Shown here in pieces: positions 23,355-34,927 of a stretch of DNA of 64,000 bases. The notes beneath the pieces are model-generated. The model was not told the origin of the DNA, made no database searches, and saw nothing but the letters and a program-made list of their open reading frames with translations. Position 1 is the first letter of the stretch; each line of letters opens with the position of its first letter. The DNA comes from Lama glama (lineage: Eukaryota), in assembly GCA_028534125.1 (NCBI GenBank), contig CM052817.1, positions 17,608,001-17,672,000 on the forward strand, read 5' to 3'. Position numbers and translations under genes: made by a program.

Positions 23355-23835
23355 TCTGAATGATTGTGGTAACTGGCAAAAATGTCTCCAGACACTACTC
23401 TCCCTGTTTCTACACTCACACTCTCAAGTCACAGAGACCATTTCTCCAGCCCTTGAATCTGGTCTGGGTTTGTGACTTGCTTTGACCAACAGAACAGGGC
23501 AGAAGTGATGCTGCCAGTTCTGGGGCTCAGGAGGCTTTGTACCCTTTCACTACCTTTTCCTTTGGAAGGCTGCCACCACCATGTGCTCAGTATATGATCA
23601 CCTTGTGATCAAGTCCCTGGAGGACTCATCTGCTAGGATGATAGATCACATGGAGCAGAAATGAGCCATCTGAGCTAAGGTCACCCTGGTTCAGCCAGTT
23701 TCAGCCAACCCAGCAGATACACGGTTGAGCCCAACTGAGCCAAGTCCAGATTGATGACCCACAGCTGGAAAAATGGTTATTGTTTGACATTACTAAGTTT
23801 TGGGTGGTGTGGTACATATGAAATTTAACTGGTAT
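23355..23835 (+). mobile_element. MLT1F/G-like LTR
   Basis: 'cccttgaatctggtctgggtttgtgacttgctttgaccaacagaa...gcagaagtgatg...actaagttttgggtgg'. Confidence 0.7.
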
Positions 23836-24247
23836 AGTGAATTAAGCAGAAAAGGAATTTATTAAAAGGTTGTATCACCTGAAAAACCAGGGCACCGTGA
23901 AGCTTAGAGGCTATGCCCAGCACATCACAGAACTATGGTCACAGAATCATGCTCTGCTGTGGTGAACAGCAGCACTGAGACTGCACCATGACCCAGGACC
24001 CTGATAGCAGCTACTGGGACCATTGTCCTTAGGAAAGTGGATGGAGCTCTTTTTGCTGCCACCTGTCCCCAGAATTAGGTCACACGCAGGCAAGTTAGTC
24101 TATAAATTAAATAATATATAAAGGAAAGGGCATCGAACCAACAAAGCAGAAGACCCAGAGCCAGGGTCCAGGAAGCCCCCAGTGTTGCTAGACATTAACC
24201 CTTTAGTAGCTGAATGGGGGAGGTTAGCACAGCATTCCTGGGGCAGG

Positions 24248-24300
24248 ACCTGGGGCACTGGGACATTTCCTTACCTGGGGCACTGGGACATTTCCTTACC
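24248..24300. repeat. Perfect 25-bp tandem duplication
   Basis: 'acctggggcactgggacatttcctt' x2 (24248-24272, 24273-24297) plus 'acc'. Confidence 0.95.
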
Positions 24301-24695
24301 AAACACTATAGAGCATGTCAATGTTTTAATAGCTAGCAATACCATACCAGTGCATACCATGTTTCCCTGCTAACTCAGTCTCTGGCAAGGAGAGTGCAAT
24401 TGCATGCTTGCCTTAGGTTAATCAAGATCTCTCCTCATCTTGGTGACCTGGGGTTACAGTCACCTTTTCTGGGCACAGTTGGCAGGGGAACAAAAGGATA
24501 AAATCAGGACTCTGCTAACAATGAAGGAGGTGATGAGGAAAGGTGAATTGGCAAAAACGATCGTTAGCGTCTGTGACATATACCAATCCATTCCCCACTG
24601 ATAAGGTGAAGGGAGGGGTGCAGGATAGGGCAGCTCAAGGCTCAGGGGTTTGCTCATCAGTTTACCCTGGAAACACAGCAAGGGTCACATGGGCC

Positions 24696-24795
24696 CAGGG
24701 TGATCTCTGTCCCAGTCTACATTTAACAGGGGGTTCCCAGGACAGAGACTTTCCCTGCTAAAGTTGACAAAGCCTGGGACAAGTTGGTCACCTTA
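24696..24795 (-). mobile_element. MER81-like hAT-Blackjack MITE
   Basis: Termini 'cagggtgatc'...'gttggtcacctta'; internal 'ggggttcccaggacagagactttc...tgctaaa'. Confidence 0.65.
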
Positions 24796-27032
24796 TGGCA
24801 AGGCCAGTGGGTTCATGATCTGCACGATGTCACTTAAGATGTCACTTAAGAGGGGCTAGAAATGGCCAGAGAGGTCAAGGGTCTTGACCAACATCCCACT
24901 GCTGATTCATTCATCCCTTTTCTTCAACTAGTCACGCGTTCAACGTCACTTACGTGACGTTTTACAGTTCTACATTTAAGGTTCTGTCTAGGGTTGGGGG
25001 ACCCAGTTCACCCAGTGATTTCAATTCTACAGAACTAACTGAGGTCAGGAATATCAAGGCAGCCAGGAAACATGAAAGAAAATCAAATTAACCTAAAGCA
25101 GCTATAACATCACTTCTTTCTTTTTCCCCTTTGGTAATTTGTTTTGCAGGCCACTCTTACGTAAAAATCAGGCCTCAGATTTCAGGACAAGCCCAGGGAA
25201 AAACAAGAAATAAAAAAAAAGATGATTTCTTATTTGCCTTTACAGATATCCTCTGTAATCAAAGCACTTCCGAACACGCCACTCCACCAAAAAAAAAAAA
25301 GCTTATGTCTGCATTTTTCCCCTCAGAGAGAATGTTGACTTTCTTCTCTTCATTTTGACACTTTCACTTCCTTTGTTGCAAGGTGAAGTGGGCACCAGAT
25401 TCGGGGTGCACAAGGCTGTCTCTTTCTGCACCCGAGCCTCCAAAAAGAACCCATATTAAGAGTTTCTCTCCAAGATGATCGGACTGCTCTACCCAGCATT
25501 GTTGAGGTGAGTGAATCCTCTAATGAATTCTCGATGTCACACTGCCCATAAAATACCTAATATGTTTTAGTTTATGATCTATGAATAAGTAAATTGCTTT
25601 TGCACTGCCACTTCAAGACGCAGTGAACTCTCTCCTCTGCCCGTTCATCTCCACCCGGGAGCGTGCTGGGCACATCGCCTTCTCTCTGAGGAGGCCTCAG
25701 GTTACTCAGCAGAAACTGAGGCGGGCTTCAAGAGATGAGCTTTCTATGCCTTTGATGAGATGCTCTCCATTTCTCACAGCCGACAGCACTGCTTCGTGGG
25801 CCCTTCCCCTTCTCCTCATGCTTCTCTTACTCTGTCCTTTCTTTCACTTACCCTCACAGGGAAACACAAGGAATGTTCTAGAATCAAAGACAACTCTATT
25901 CCTTCTAGGTATTTTAAATTTTAAATGTTTCCTTTTCAGTAAGGTCTTCCAGACGTGCATCTGTTGGTAGGTAACACGGATCAAGTTCTTAGTTTATTTG
26001 GAAGCAGGTAGCTCTCTCTTTGCACAGTGTTGGGTTCTGCTTGGGACGCCCAAGGGCCTGCAATGTCCTTGCTGTCCTCCAAATTGTAACCTAATTAAGA
26101 GACAAGGGTAGCATTCATTCATACGTATGTTCAGTACATGACTGGAGAGTGCCTACTGTATACTGGGTCTTTGGTAAGCTATCCAAGGAGTTTCCAAGCT
26201 CTGAGCTCTGGTCCCCAGGGCAGGGGTTGGGAATGAATTTATGAAAAAAAAGTCAAAAATATCCACATATATCAGAAGCATTGCCTGCATATTTATATTC
26301 TCTTCTTATCCATTCATTTATTTGACACATATTTCCTGAGTGTCATATACATGCCTGATGGAAGAGTGTCTCAGACATGTCTGCGTATTTTGTATTTATT
26401 TGCATGCAGTTATTATAGACTAAATGTGAATCCATTTAGAGATTTTACTGAATTTGTAATGTCCTTGTTGTCCTTGAGCATTTTCTCAATGAATGCCAGA
26501 GTTCATTGTCATCATGGAACTGCACAAAAAGAGTTAACATTTAGGAAATATTTCCTTATACTGGAAAATATGGGAACTTCTGCAAGAGAGGGCTGACACG
26601 GGGTGTAACAATACCAGGTGTGGGGTTTGTAGAACAGCCAAGAATCTACAGGCAAAAAACCAGAAGGCATCAATCCTGTGTCTAAGCAACACCTACCCAC
26701 GTCAGGCTATGGTCTGAAAAGGGCGTTACTCTAAATAATGCATATAAAGCCCTTCTTTTAAAATTATTTAATAACATTAAATTATTTTATATAATTAGTA
26801 TACATGACATATAGCAAACAAATAAATCCAGAACATCCATATCTTCTCCTCCCCGAACAATCCCTGTTGTTTAGCTCCATTTCTACAGTTTAAGTTTTTC
26901 TAAAGCAAAATATACTATAATTCTCTGTTCCCATGGTTCTTTACACTTTTCCAAGTGATTTCCCAGCACGTTGTTTGTTTGAACATCACCAAATCTGTGA
27001 AATGTAGACAGGACAGGAATCGTTATCCCCAT

Positions 27033-27609
27033 CCCTTGGTTTTTTTCTTCCAGTTTTACTGATATATAATAGACAAACAGTGCTCTACGAGTTTATGGTG
27101 TGCAGCATAATGATCTGACTGGCATACATCATGAAATGATGACCACAATAAGTTCAGTGAACATCCATCGTCTCATACAGATACAACTTTAAAGAAATAG
27201 GAAAAAAAAAAAGATTTCCTTGCTATAAGAACTCTCAGGATTTACTCTCTTAACAACTTTCATATATAACGTGCAGCAGTGTTAATTATATTGGTCATGT
27301 TGTGCATTACATCCCTAGTACTCATTTACCTTATAGCTGGAAGTCTGTACCTTTTGACTTCCTTCATGCAAGTCCCCCTGCCCCCAACCCCCTGCCTTCA
27401 GTAACCACAAATCTGATCTCCTTTTCTCTGTGTTTGTTTATTTTTGAAGTATAATTGACCTACAATGCAATGTTAGTTTCCATTACTCAACACAGTGATT
27501 CAATATTTCTATACGTTTCAAAATGATCATTGTGATAAATCTAGTTACCATTTGTCCCCATACAAGGCTACTATATAATTATTGGCTATACTCCCCACAT
27601 TGTACACAG
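27033..27609 (-). mobile_element. L1 3' end (laurasiatherian type with two stacked 3'-end modules) inserted in a MIR
   Basis: L1 3'UTR motifs 'aagaactctcaggatttactctcttaacaactttca' and 'ttttgaagtataattgacctacaat'; candidate TSD 'tatccccat' 27024-27032 / 27610-27618. Confidence 0.85.
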
Positions 27610-27839
27610 TATCCCCATTTCATAGATGAAGTTAGAGTGTTGAAGAATAGGCAATGAGCTATGCAGATACAAAATGGGCAAGGGTTAGCTAGGTAAATCG
27701 TCAGGAAAATGGATTGTGAATAAACTTAAAATGATCTTGGAACGTGCAACCTGGAATTTGGGAAGGAAAAGACAAGCAAAAACCCCCTTCTTCTACTGGA
27801 GATCATCCAAGTTGTAATTAAGAATACCATGCTCACTTT

Positions 27840-27975
27840 ATTTTTATTTACTTTTTTTGAGGGAGAAGTGATTAGGTTTATTTAATCTTTTATTGTGAAT
27901 GGAGGTACTGGGGATTGAACCCAGGACCTCATACATGCTAGGCATGCACTCTACCACTGAGCTACACCCTCCCCT
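27840..27975 (-). mobile_element. vic-1-type tRNA-Ala SINE, long form, with TSD
   Basis: tRNA-like head with A box TAGCTCAGTGG and B box GGTTCAATCC; TSD 'taccatgctc(a/c)cttt' 27825-27839 / 27976-27990. Confidence 0.9.
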
Positions 27976-28959
27976 TACCATGCTCCCTTTAATTGCCAAT
28001 CTCTTAAATTTGAAGTAGAGACATTTTAACAGGACCCAGGGAAAAAAAGGAGTAAAAACATATTAGAGAAAAACCTCAGAAAAGACAGACCAAGAAGCAG
28101 AGTATTTCACAACAGGAAAAATTAAAAGTAACTAAGTGAGGCTCGAGTCGGCTGAATGGAATTCCATCAGCCAAGCATTTCTGTTAACTGTACTTCCGTG
28201 GAACTATAATTCGTGTGACCTTAAAAACTCCTGAAGATTAAACTATAATGCGCCTTGTTTTAGACAATGCGTATTTAAGTGAAAGGTAGCACCAAGAAAA
28301 GGATGGGCTTGGGTTTGAATTTTGCATTCAGCACACAGCCATCAGGAAACTCCTTAATACTCAATCCTGCCAAACTTCCATTTTTTTCCATCTCTCAACT
28401 GAGGGTGATAATACTCTCACTGCATAGTTGTTTCAAGAATTTGAAATGTTTGCTGTATGCTAAGCACCTAGTAAGACACCCAGAACACAGCAGAAACTCA
28501 GGCAGTCGGATCTTGTATGTCGGCTGGCGGTGCTGGTTTAAATTAAGTATGAATTCTTGTGACCTGAGCACTAGACTCTGAGTAAAGGCCTGGGTTTGAG
28601 TCCTGATTCTTTCACTTAGTAACTGTAGGAAGAAATATTGTTGAAGGAATTGAGGTTTATTCATCCTGAATCTCTTCACTTATAAAAATGAATAGAATTT
28701 ACCTTCTTATTTTTAGCTAAAGATTCTAATAAAAGGTATCTGTGAAATATCTTTTAAATATAAATGTCATAAAAATAGATTTTCACTGCTATTAATTCTT
28801 TGAAAACTTTAAAACAGACATGTCACTATATGTACAAAAATATCACTGAAATAGGAATACAGAGTAGAGTTCTATCTATATTTTCAGAAGTCCTGATAAA
28901 AATGACAACCAAAACAATAAAAAAAAAACCCTTCAAATTCCAAGAAATTTGCAGTTAGC

Positions 28960-29080
28960 ATAAGGGGAAATTTCTCAGTTTTAAGGATGGAGAAACCTTT
29001 GAACAGGCTTACAAGGGTCACGGTGGACTGTCCGCCCCTGGGGGGACATCACAAAGGATGAGCAGCCATCTGTCCTGGGT
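28960..29080 (+). mobile_element. L3/CR1 3'-end fragment
   Basis: 'gaacaggcttacaagggtcacggtggactgtccgcccctggggggacatc...cagccatctgtcctggg'. Confidence 0.45.
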
Positions 29081-32000
29081 AATTTATCAGAGAGTCCTAA
29101 CGCTCAGGAGGGACCAGGGATAGTGCAGCCCACCCTCCACGTCTGACAGAAGAAGAAGCTGAGATCCAGAGAAGTGAAGTTACTCAATCACCAGGACACC
29201 ACTGAGGGGGCCCAGGGGTGAGCCGGCCACCTGCTCAGTGTGTTCGACGATTGTTGCTTCTGTTCAGATGCATACCCCACTGGCTTTCAAATCTCTGCTT
29301 CGGGGCAATGGGAAGGCCTGCGGAGCAAATTTAAAGCTGACTGCTTAGTGAGAGGGTAAAATCCCCCTAGGATGTTCCAGTATAGGGCAATGAGGGGCTG
29401 GAAATCCACATCTTGAAGTTCCTCCCATCCTTATGCATGTATGATATCATCCAGGAAACATTTACACAACAGAGATGGAACTAAATGTCTTGCCAGGTGG
29501 TAGCTCGTGATATATACAGGCAGCCCCTGCCTCACAAAGAAAGACTACAGAGATCGCATACATACAGACAGCTGCTGCCATCCGCCCGGCCCCCACCACC
29601 TTGCAGCTGCCGTGGGCTGTGTGAAAAAATTAAAAAAGAAAGAAAGGGGTTAGAAAAAACCTTGGACCACTTGCAGATTCGGCACATTCAGAGGCAGAGG
29701 AGGGGAAGAAGCTGTGGAAACAGGAACTACAGCAGGGAATGGATTCCCAGGATACCTTTTCAATCCCCAGTGATCTGGCAACAGGCGCCCCCCTGCCTCT
29801 GCTTCTCCCCCACACTCCCAGCCCCACCCCACCCCCACTTACTTTGCCCTGAAAAATCTCCTCCCGGGCATGTCTGTCCTCTCCCATCCCTGCTGCCAGA
29901 GATTCTGCCATTGCTGCATTTGGCCTCAAAGCCTTTTGGGAAGCAGGAAGGCAGAGAATAAATAACCATTAATTTACCATTAGGAATCTCTTTCATGAAT
30001 CACTGTCCTTTATTACAGTCAATAATAAAAGGACCTGTCTCATGGGGTTGTTGAGAAGATAAAGTGAATTAATGAACTAAACGTCCTTAGCTCTGTGACT
30101 GACATGTGATATAACACTGAGTGTTTCTGAAGTATTAGCTCTCTTAATAACCACAATTATTCCCATTTTGCTGATAAGAGAAGTGAGGCTTAGAGAAGGT
30201 AACTTACTTTTCCTCGGCCACATAACTCAGAAGTAGAACCCGGATTCGAGACCAGGTCTGTCTCCAAATCCTATCATCTTAACTTCTGTGCTATAAACAG
30301 TCCCGTGCTTAGCACTGGGGTGGAGGGCAGGCTGGGGTGGGGGGCGATGAAATGGAGGTGGAGCTGTCGCTCACAGGTTAATAAGAATTAACTCAATCAG
30401 AATGTTTCTTGTGGAAAATCACTGTGCTCGCCTGCATTCAGGGAAACGTGACTGGCAAGTAGGTCTCAAGTAGGTTATGTAGGAGAATAGTAGGAGAACA
30501 GGGAAGACCCAGGCAAGGGACCACAGCTGGGTATTGTGTAGGAAGCCTGGAGACAGTGATGCCCGTAGACGGGAGATGTAGCGAAAAGAGCAGTTTGGAG
30601 AGAGTTGAAGATGAATTCTGACCCACATGAAATTTCATCTAGGTCTGACCCAGGAAAGGGGGAGGAAGATTCTATCTTGTTCCCCACCTACCTGTTGCCC
30701 TACCCACGGTTCCAGATAACTTATTAGTGTTCTTGGTAGACTACTAGAAAGGTTAAATAAACTCTTGTGGGCTGGTTGGAAACATAATGCTTCCACTCCC
30801 AATTGTAATGCGTTTCTTTTGGGAAATGTGTGCTGAGTTCCAAACAAATGACTTGTAATTTAATACAACATGTGTATACTTTGGGTCTCCGCACTGTGCT
30901 GGGTGCTGGGAACACGAAAGGAAATGTAAGGCAAAGTCTCTGGCCTGGAGCAGCCAGAGCCCTGGGGGAGAGAGATGTGTAAGCAACTAAGAGACAACGT
31001 GCTGAGTGTAATAGGAGAGGTGTGTACAGAATGCCTTGGGGCACAGAGCAAGAGGACGGCGAAACTGCTTTTAAATCAAGTTTTGGAATCCAGCCCCTCT
31101 GCAAGTTGGGAACTGCATGCAAGGCATTAGAAGTTACGGAAAGGACGCTCTTAGCTTTTCATTCTGAATGAACTCTTTCTTCAACAGAACTGTTGCCTGC
31201 TTTTTTCCTGGCAAGCGGTGGGATCAATACCTGTGTTTTTTTCCTAAGTGGTTAGGGAGGGGGTGATTGCATGGACTCTGAACTCAGGCTTCTCTGGTTT
31301 GAATCTGACTTTCACTTACCAGCAATATGACCTTGACTTTACCCTTTTGGTCTCAGTTTCTTTTATCTGTAAAATGGGGCCAATAAAAACACCTTCTTTA
31401 TAGAGTTCCTGAGAAGACTAATGAGCTAATACATGCAAAGTCCACATCTCAAAATGGAGTAAACATCTCACTCAACTGGCTGTTGTTAACTGACTGATAA
31501 GACTCTGGCGTCGAGCAACTTCATGAAGTCAAATTGAAAGAGTTTTAAGTGATACACAGATGAACATTTTAAAATTTTAATAGCATATATTTATCTTCAT
31601 ATATTGGGGGAAATATATACAGCACATCAAACCCTAGATTTTAAAGATATACTTTCTTAGGATGAATAAAAAATTTTGGAAAGTAAATTAAGTTAAAGAA
31701 AACTAGTAAATAATGGTCAGATGTTATGTCTTTTCTCAAAATAAAAGTAACAGGCTGACTGTGGTCCAGAGTGAGGACCAGACCAACAGATTGGAGTGTC
31801 CCTTTGAATTTTTCTTTTTCTTTTCTTTTTCTCTTTTCCTCCTTTGCACTGGGCCTGGCTTGAATTCGTCTCATTTTTCTTAATGTTATATACTATTTAA
31901 TGTCTAAATTTTTAAAAGGGGGAGAAACATGACAGGGATTAGGAAATGTAGTAAGTGATGGTCTCCCTTCGTGTGTTTTCTCACTGTGATGAAATTCAAA

Positions 32001-32913
32001 ACTTTACCCTAGGCCTCTGGCTACAGGCAATATTTTCTAATGCCCCAACTACAGAGAAAAGCATATCGGAATAGTAGACAGAATGCCTTCCGCGTGCCCA
32101 TGCTTTCTTGGCCCCAGTTTGAATCCTGGAGAAAAAATTCCCTGAAGCCGATGACAGCTGAGCTCCTCACCCAGCACTCAGATGCTCAGAGAAGGAAAAT
32201 TACACCCTGAGGTTCTGGGGACGCGGGAGCAGCGGGCGGTGCACATCAAGGCCAGAGAGTGGACCTGCTGCTGGTCCGTCTCCACCCCACGAGCCTGGAG
32301 CTGAAGTTAGAGAGGATTCCAGTTTGGGGGAGACTGTGCAGAGGAGACATGAAAAGGGAGCAGAAGGACAGACCTGTGTCAGCTCACACCCCGGGTTTCC
32401 CCCGAGCTGCAGTGAGGTCTCTGGGGCACCCCGTCCCCTTTACCCCTTCTTTGTAAAAATCACCTCCAGGAAAGTCCCGCCGTCTGACACAACAGTTGGC
32501 CTTTGAAGCCTATGAATGGTCATGCCCAGACGGGGTTTCCCTGGGCTCGGCGTCCCCATCTGAGCGCCTTGTGGCCCCATGGTGTCACGTCCACTGTCAG
32601 GCTTGCAGAGAGCAAACAGAGTGTGTTAAAGGCACATGGGACCAAGGGACACTGTTGGTGGGGCCTTCAAACATGTCTGTTAAGCAGCAGTTTATCTCAT
32701 ATCAGCCTCTTTGTGTCTTCTCTCCCCTTATTCCTCCCGTGGAGATGTCCTTCTCTCTCTGAGCATCCTCACCTTCCTTCCACCAACCTGGTCAGAGTCT
32801 CTATTTCCCCTGCCGTGGAAAAGAAAGCGATTAATTGTGGGGCCCTCACGGGGAGAGCCACAGCAGGAACTTTCAGATAAACCCCTTTATTTCAGCCTCA
32901 AGAATAGGCTGAA

Positions 32914-33098
32914 AGTGTTGTCAGGTACAATGAAGGACACCCCATTCAATTGGAATGTCAGATTAAAAAACAAGTAATTTTTTAGTAATTAATATGTCCT
33001 GTGCAATACTGAGGACACACTGATACTAAAAAAGTACTTGTTTGTCTGGCACTCCAATTTAACTAGCTATCTATATTTTTGTTAATTTTAGCAACCCT
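32914..33098. mobile_element. MER53 palindromic hAT MITE
   Basis: Termini 'agtgttgtcag'...'tagcaaccct'; centre 'atgtcctgtgcaatactgaggacaca'; self-complementary arms. Confidence 0.8.
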
Positions 33099-34169
33099 CC
33101 TCAAACACAACCCCATGAGGCTGACATTTTTATTCTTATTTTAAATGTGGGGGAAATGAGGCTTCAAGAAATTAAGCAACTTGCTTGAAGCCACAGTGCT
33201 TGCAAGTCACAGAGTAGAGATGAGATTTCAATCCAGACCCATAGATTTCAAGACCAGTGCTGGTTCCACACCACACAGGGAGTCAAGACTTAAACCAAAG
33301 ATATAGATGGGATGCCATTGGAGGAAACTGAGGCATTTTCTAAGGAGTTTGGGGAATTCTTGGATGCCTTGCTCAAAATGTAGACAATCAATCAACAGTT
33401 GGTGGATGTAGTGAACTGAATTATCACCATGTTTGGCAGCTAAAAGACACTGCTGCTTTCCTAAAATGATCTTAAGACTTGTTCTTCACTCCCAGCTCAA
33501 GTCCTCCTTCAACACTGCCCTTCAACGCCCAGAGGGAGCACTTCACCCCATGCATATAGGCAGTGGTAGATGAGGTCAGGGGACACAGCGCCAAGAGAAG
33601 CTTCGCGTCGTGTTACATCCATTTAACACATGGCGGAAACCCACAGGCCTGAAGGAATTGGCTGGCCCAAGGAATAAACCAGTCCCCTCTTGGCCAGACA
33701 CCCTTCAAAGCTCAGCGTGTGCACTCCAGTCACCTTGCCTGAACCAGGCTGCCTTGAAAATATCTGTCTGCACTTCCATCAACATGGTTTCAGGGGAGCA
33801 GAGGCTATGGGGCTAAGAGGGAAGGGGAGTCCCACTAGAACTCTTTCTCACCCAAAGATGAGGTCAGTCAATAGATGTAAAGTTCCTTCAGCCTTGTTTC
33901 CTTCTTAAATGAGTGACACTTTATGAATCTGTAGGCAGAAATCCAGACAGAACACATGCAGCTCATAGATGCTCACAAACCTCCCAGTCCCAAGGGAAAT
34001 CACTGTCTCTGTGCAGAGGCAACCGTCTTAACCTCCTCAGCTTAAGTCCCAGTCTTTTCCTCTGGATCTTCACTGGATGAGCCTTGGGAGGATGGAGGGT
34101 AGTAAAGAACAAAAAACCTGATATTGTTAGAAAATGTGGACCCCAATCTGCCGCCACCAAGAAAATCGG

Positions 34170-34540
34170 CTACTTATAATCACATTATTTTCTGATGATC
34201 AAAATAATAAATGCTCATTGTGGAAACACTTGAAAATGCTGAAAAGCATAAAGAAACAATAAAAACAACCTATAATTCCATCATGCGAAACTATAACCTG
34301 TCCTAAAATTGTGGTGTATTTCCTAAGGATTTCTGACCATATAGTAAATGTAGTTGGCCTCACACTTCACATATGACTATTTCCACTTTTTTTTTCTAAT
34401 CTAACAAACCACAGCCACTTCTCTCAACCTCATTAAAGACTCTCCAAAGAATCTTTTGATGAATCTTTAATGGATGTATTGAAAATAGTTCTAGTTTATT
34501 TACCTATTCCCCTCTTGGTAAGCATGCAAAATGTTTTCCC
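34170..34540 (-). mobile_element. Old L1ME 3' fragment
   Basis: 'aataaatgctcattgtggaaacacttgaaaatgctgaaaagcataaagaa...cctataattccatca'. Confidence 0.55.
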
Positions 34541-34861
34541 TTCTAGAAATAGCATAGCAGAGAGCATCTTCTTCACAGACATTTTTATCAGACCCTTGGC
34601 ACCTGTAGCCTCATGTCTAGAATCTAATATAAAATGGCGTTCGATCTGTTGCAAAGACATGTGTCTTATCATGTTTTCTGCTTTGCCATGTTCTCCAAAG
34701 AGCACTGTGTCTTCCAGAGGCCTCATCCACTGAGCTAGTTGGAGAACCACTGCCGGTGATTATAGAACAAGGACAACCTGGTCCTTTGTCGAATGAAAGA
34801 GGCTCCTACGCGAGCAAGAAGTCTCTGCGCCCCGCTCCTTAAACTCAGGCCATGGTTTACA

Positions 34862-34927
34862 AGAGAGAGACAGAGAGACAGAAAGAGAGCAAGAGAGAGA
34901 CAGAGGGGAAGAGCGAGAGAGAGAGAG
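34862..34927. repeat. Imperfect (GA)n polypurine tract
   Basis: Direct reading. Confidence 0.85.

Noticed and set aside
29485-29961. 158-aa ORF (similarly 53346-53825 and 62571-63047)
   Set aside because: No recognisable homology or exon structure; lengths are compatible with chance in 64 kb.
32891-32913. 8-bp stem hairpin ttcagcct/aggctgaa
   Set aside because: Expected by chance in a window this size; no supporting context.
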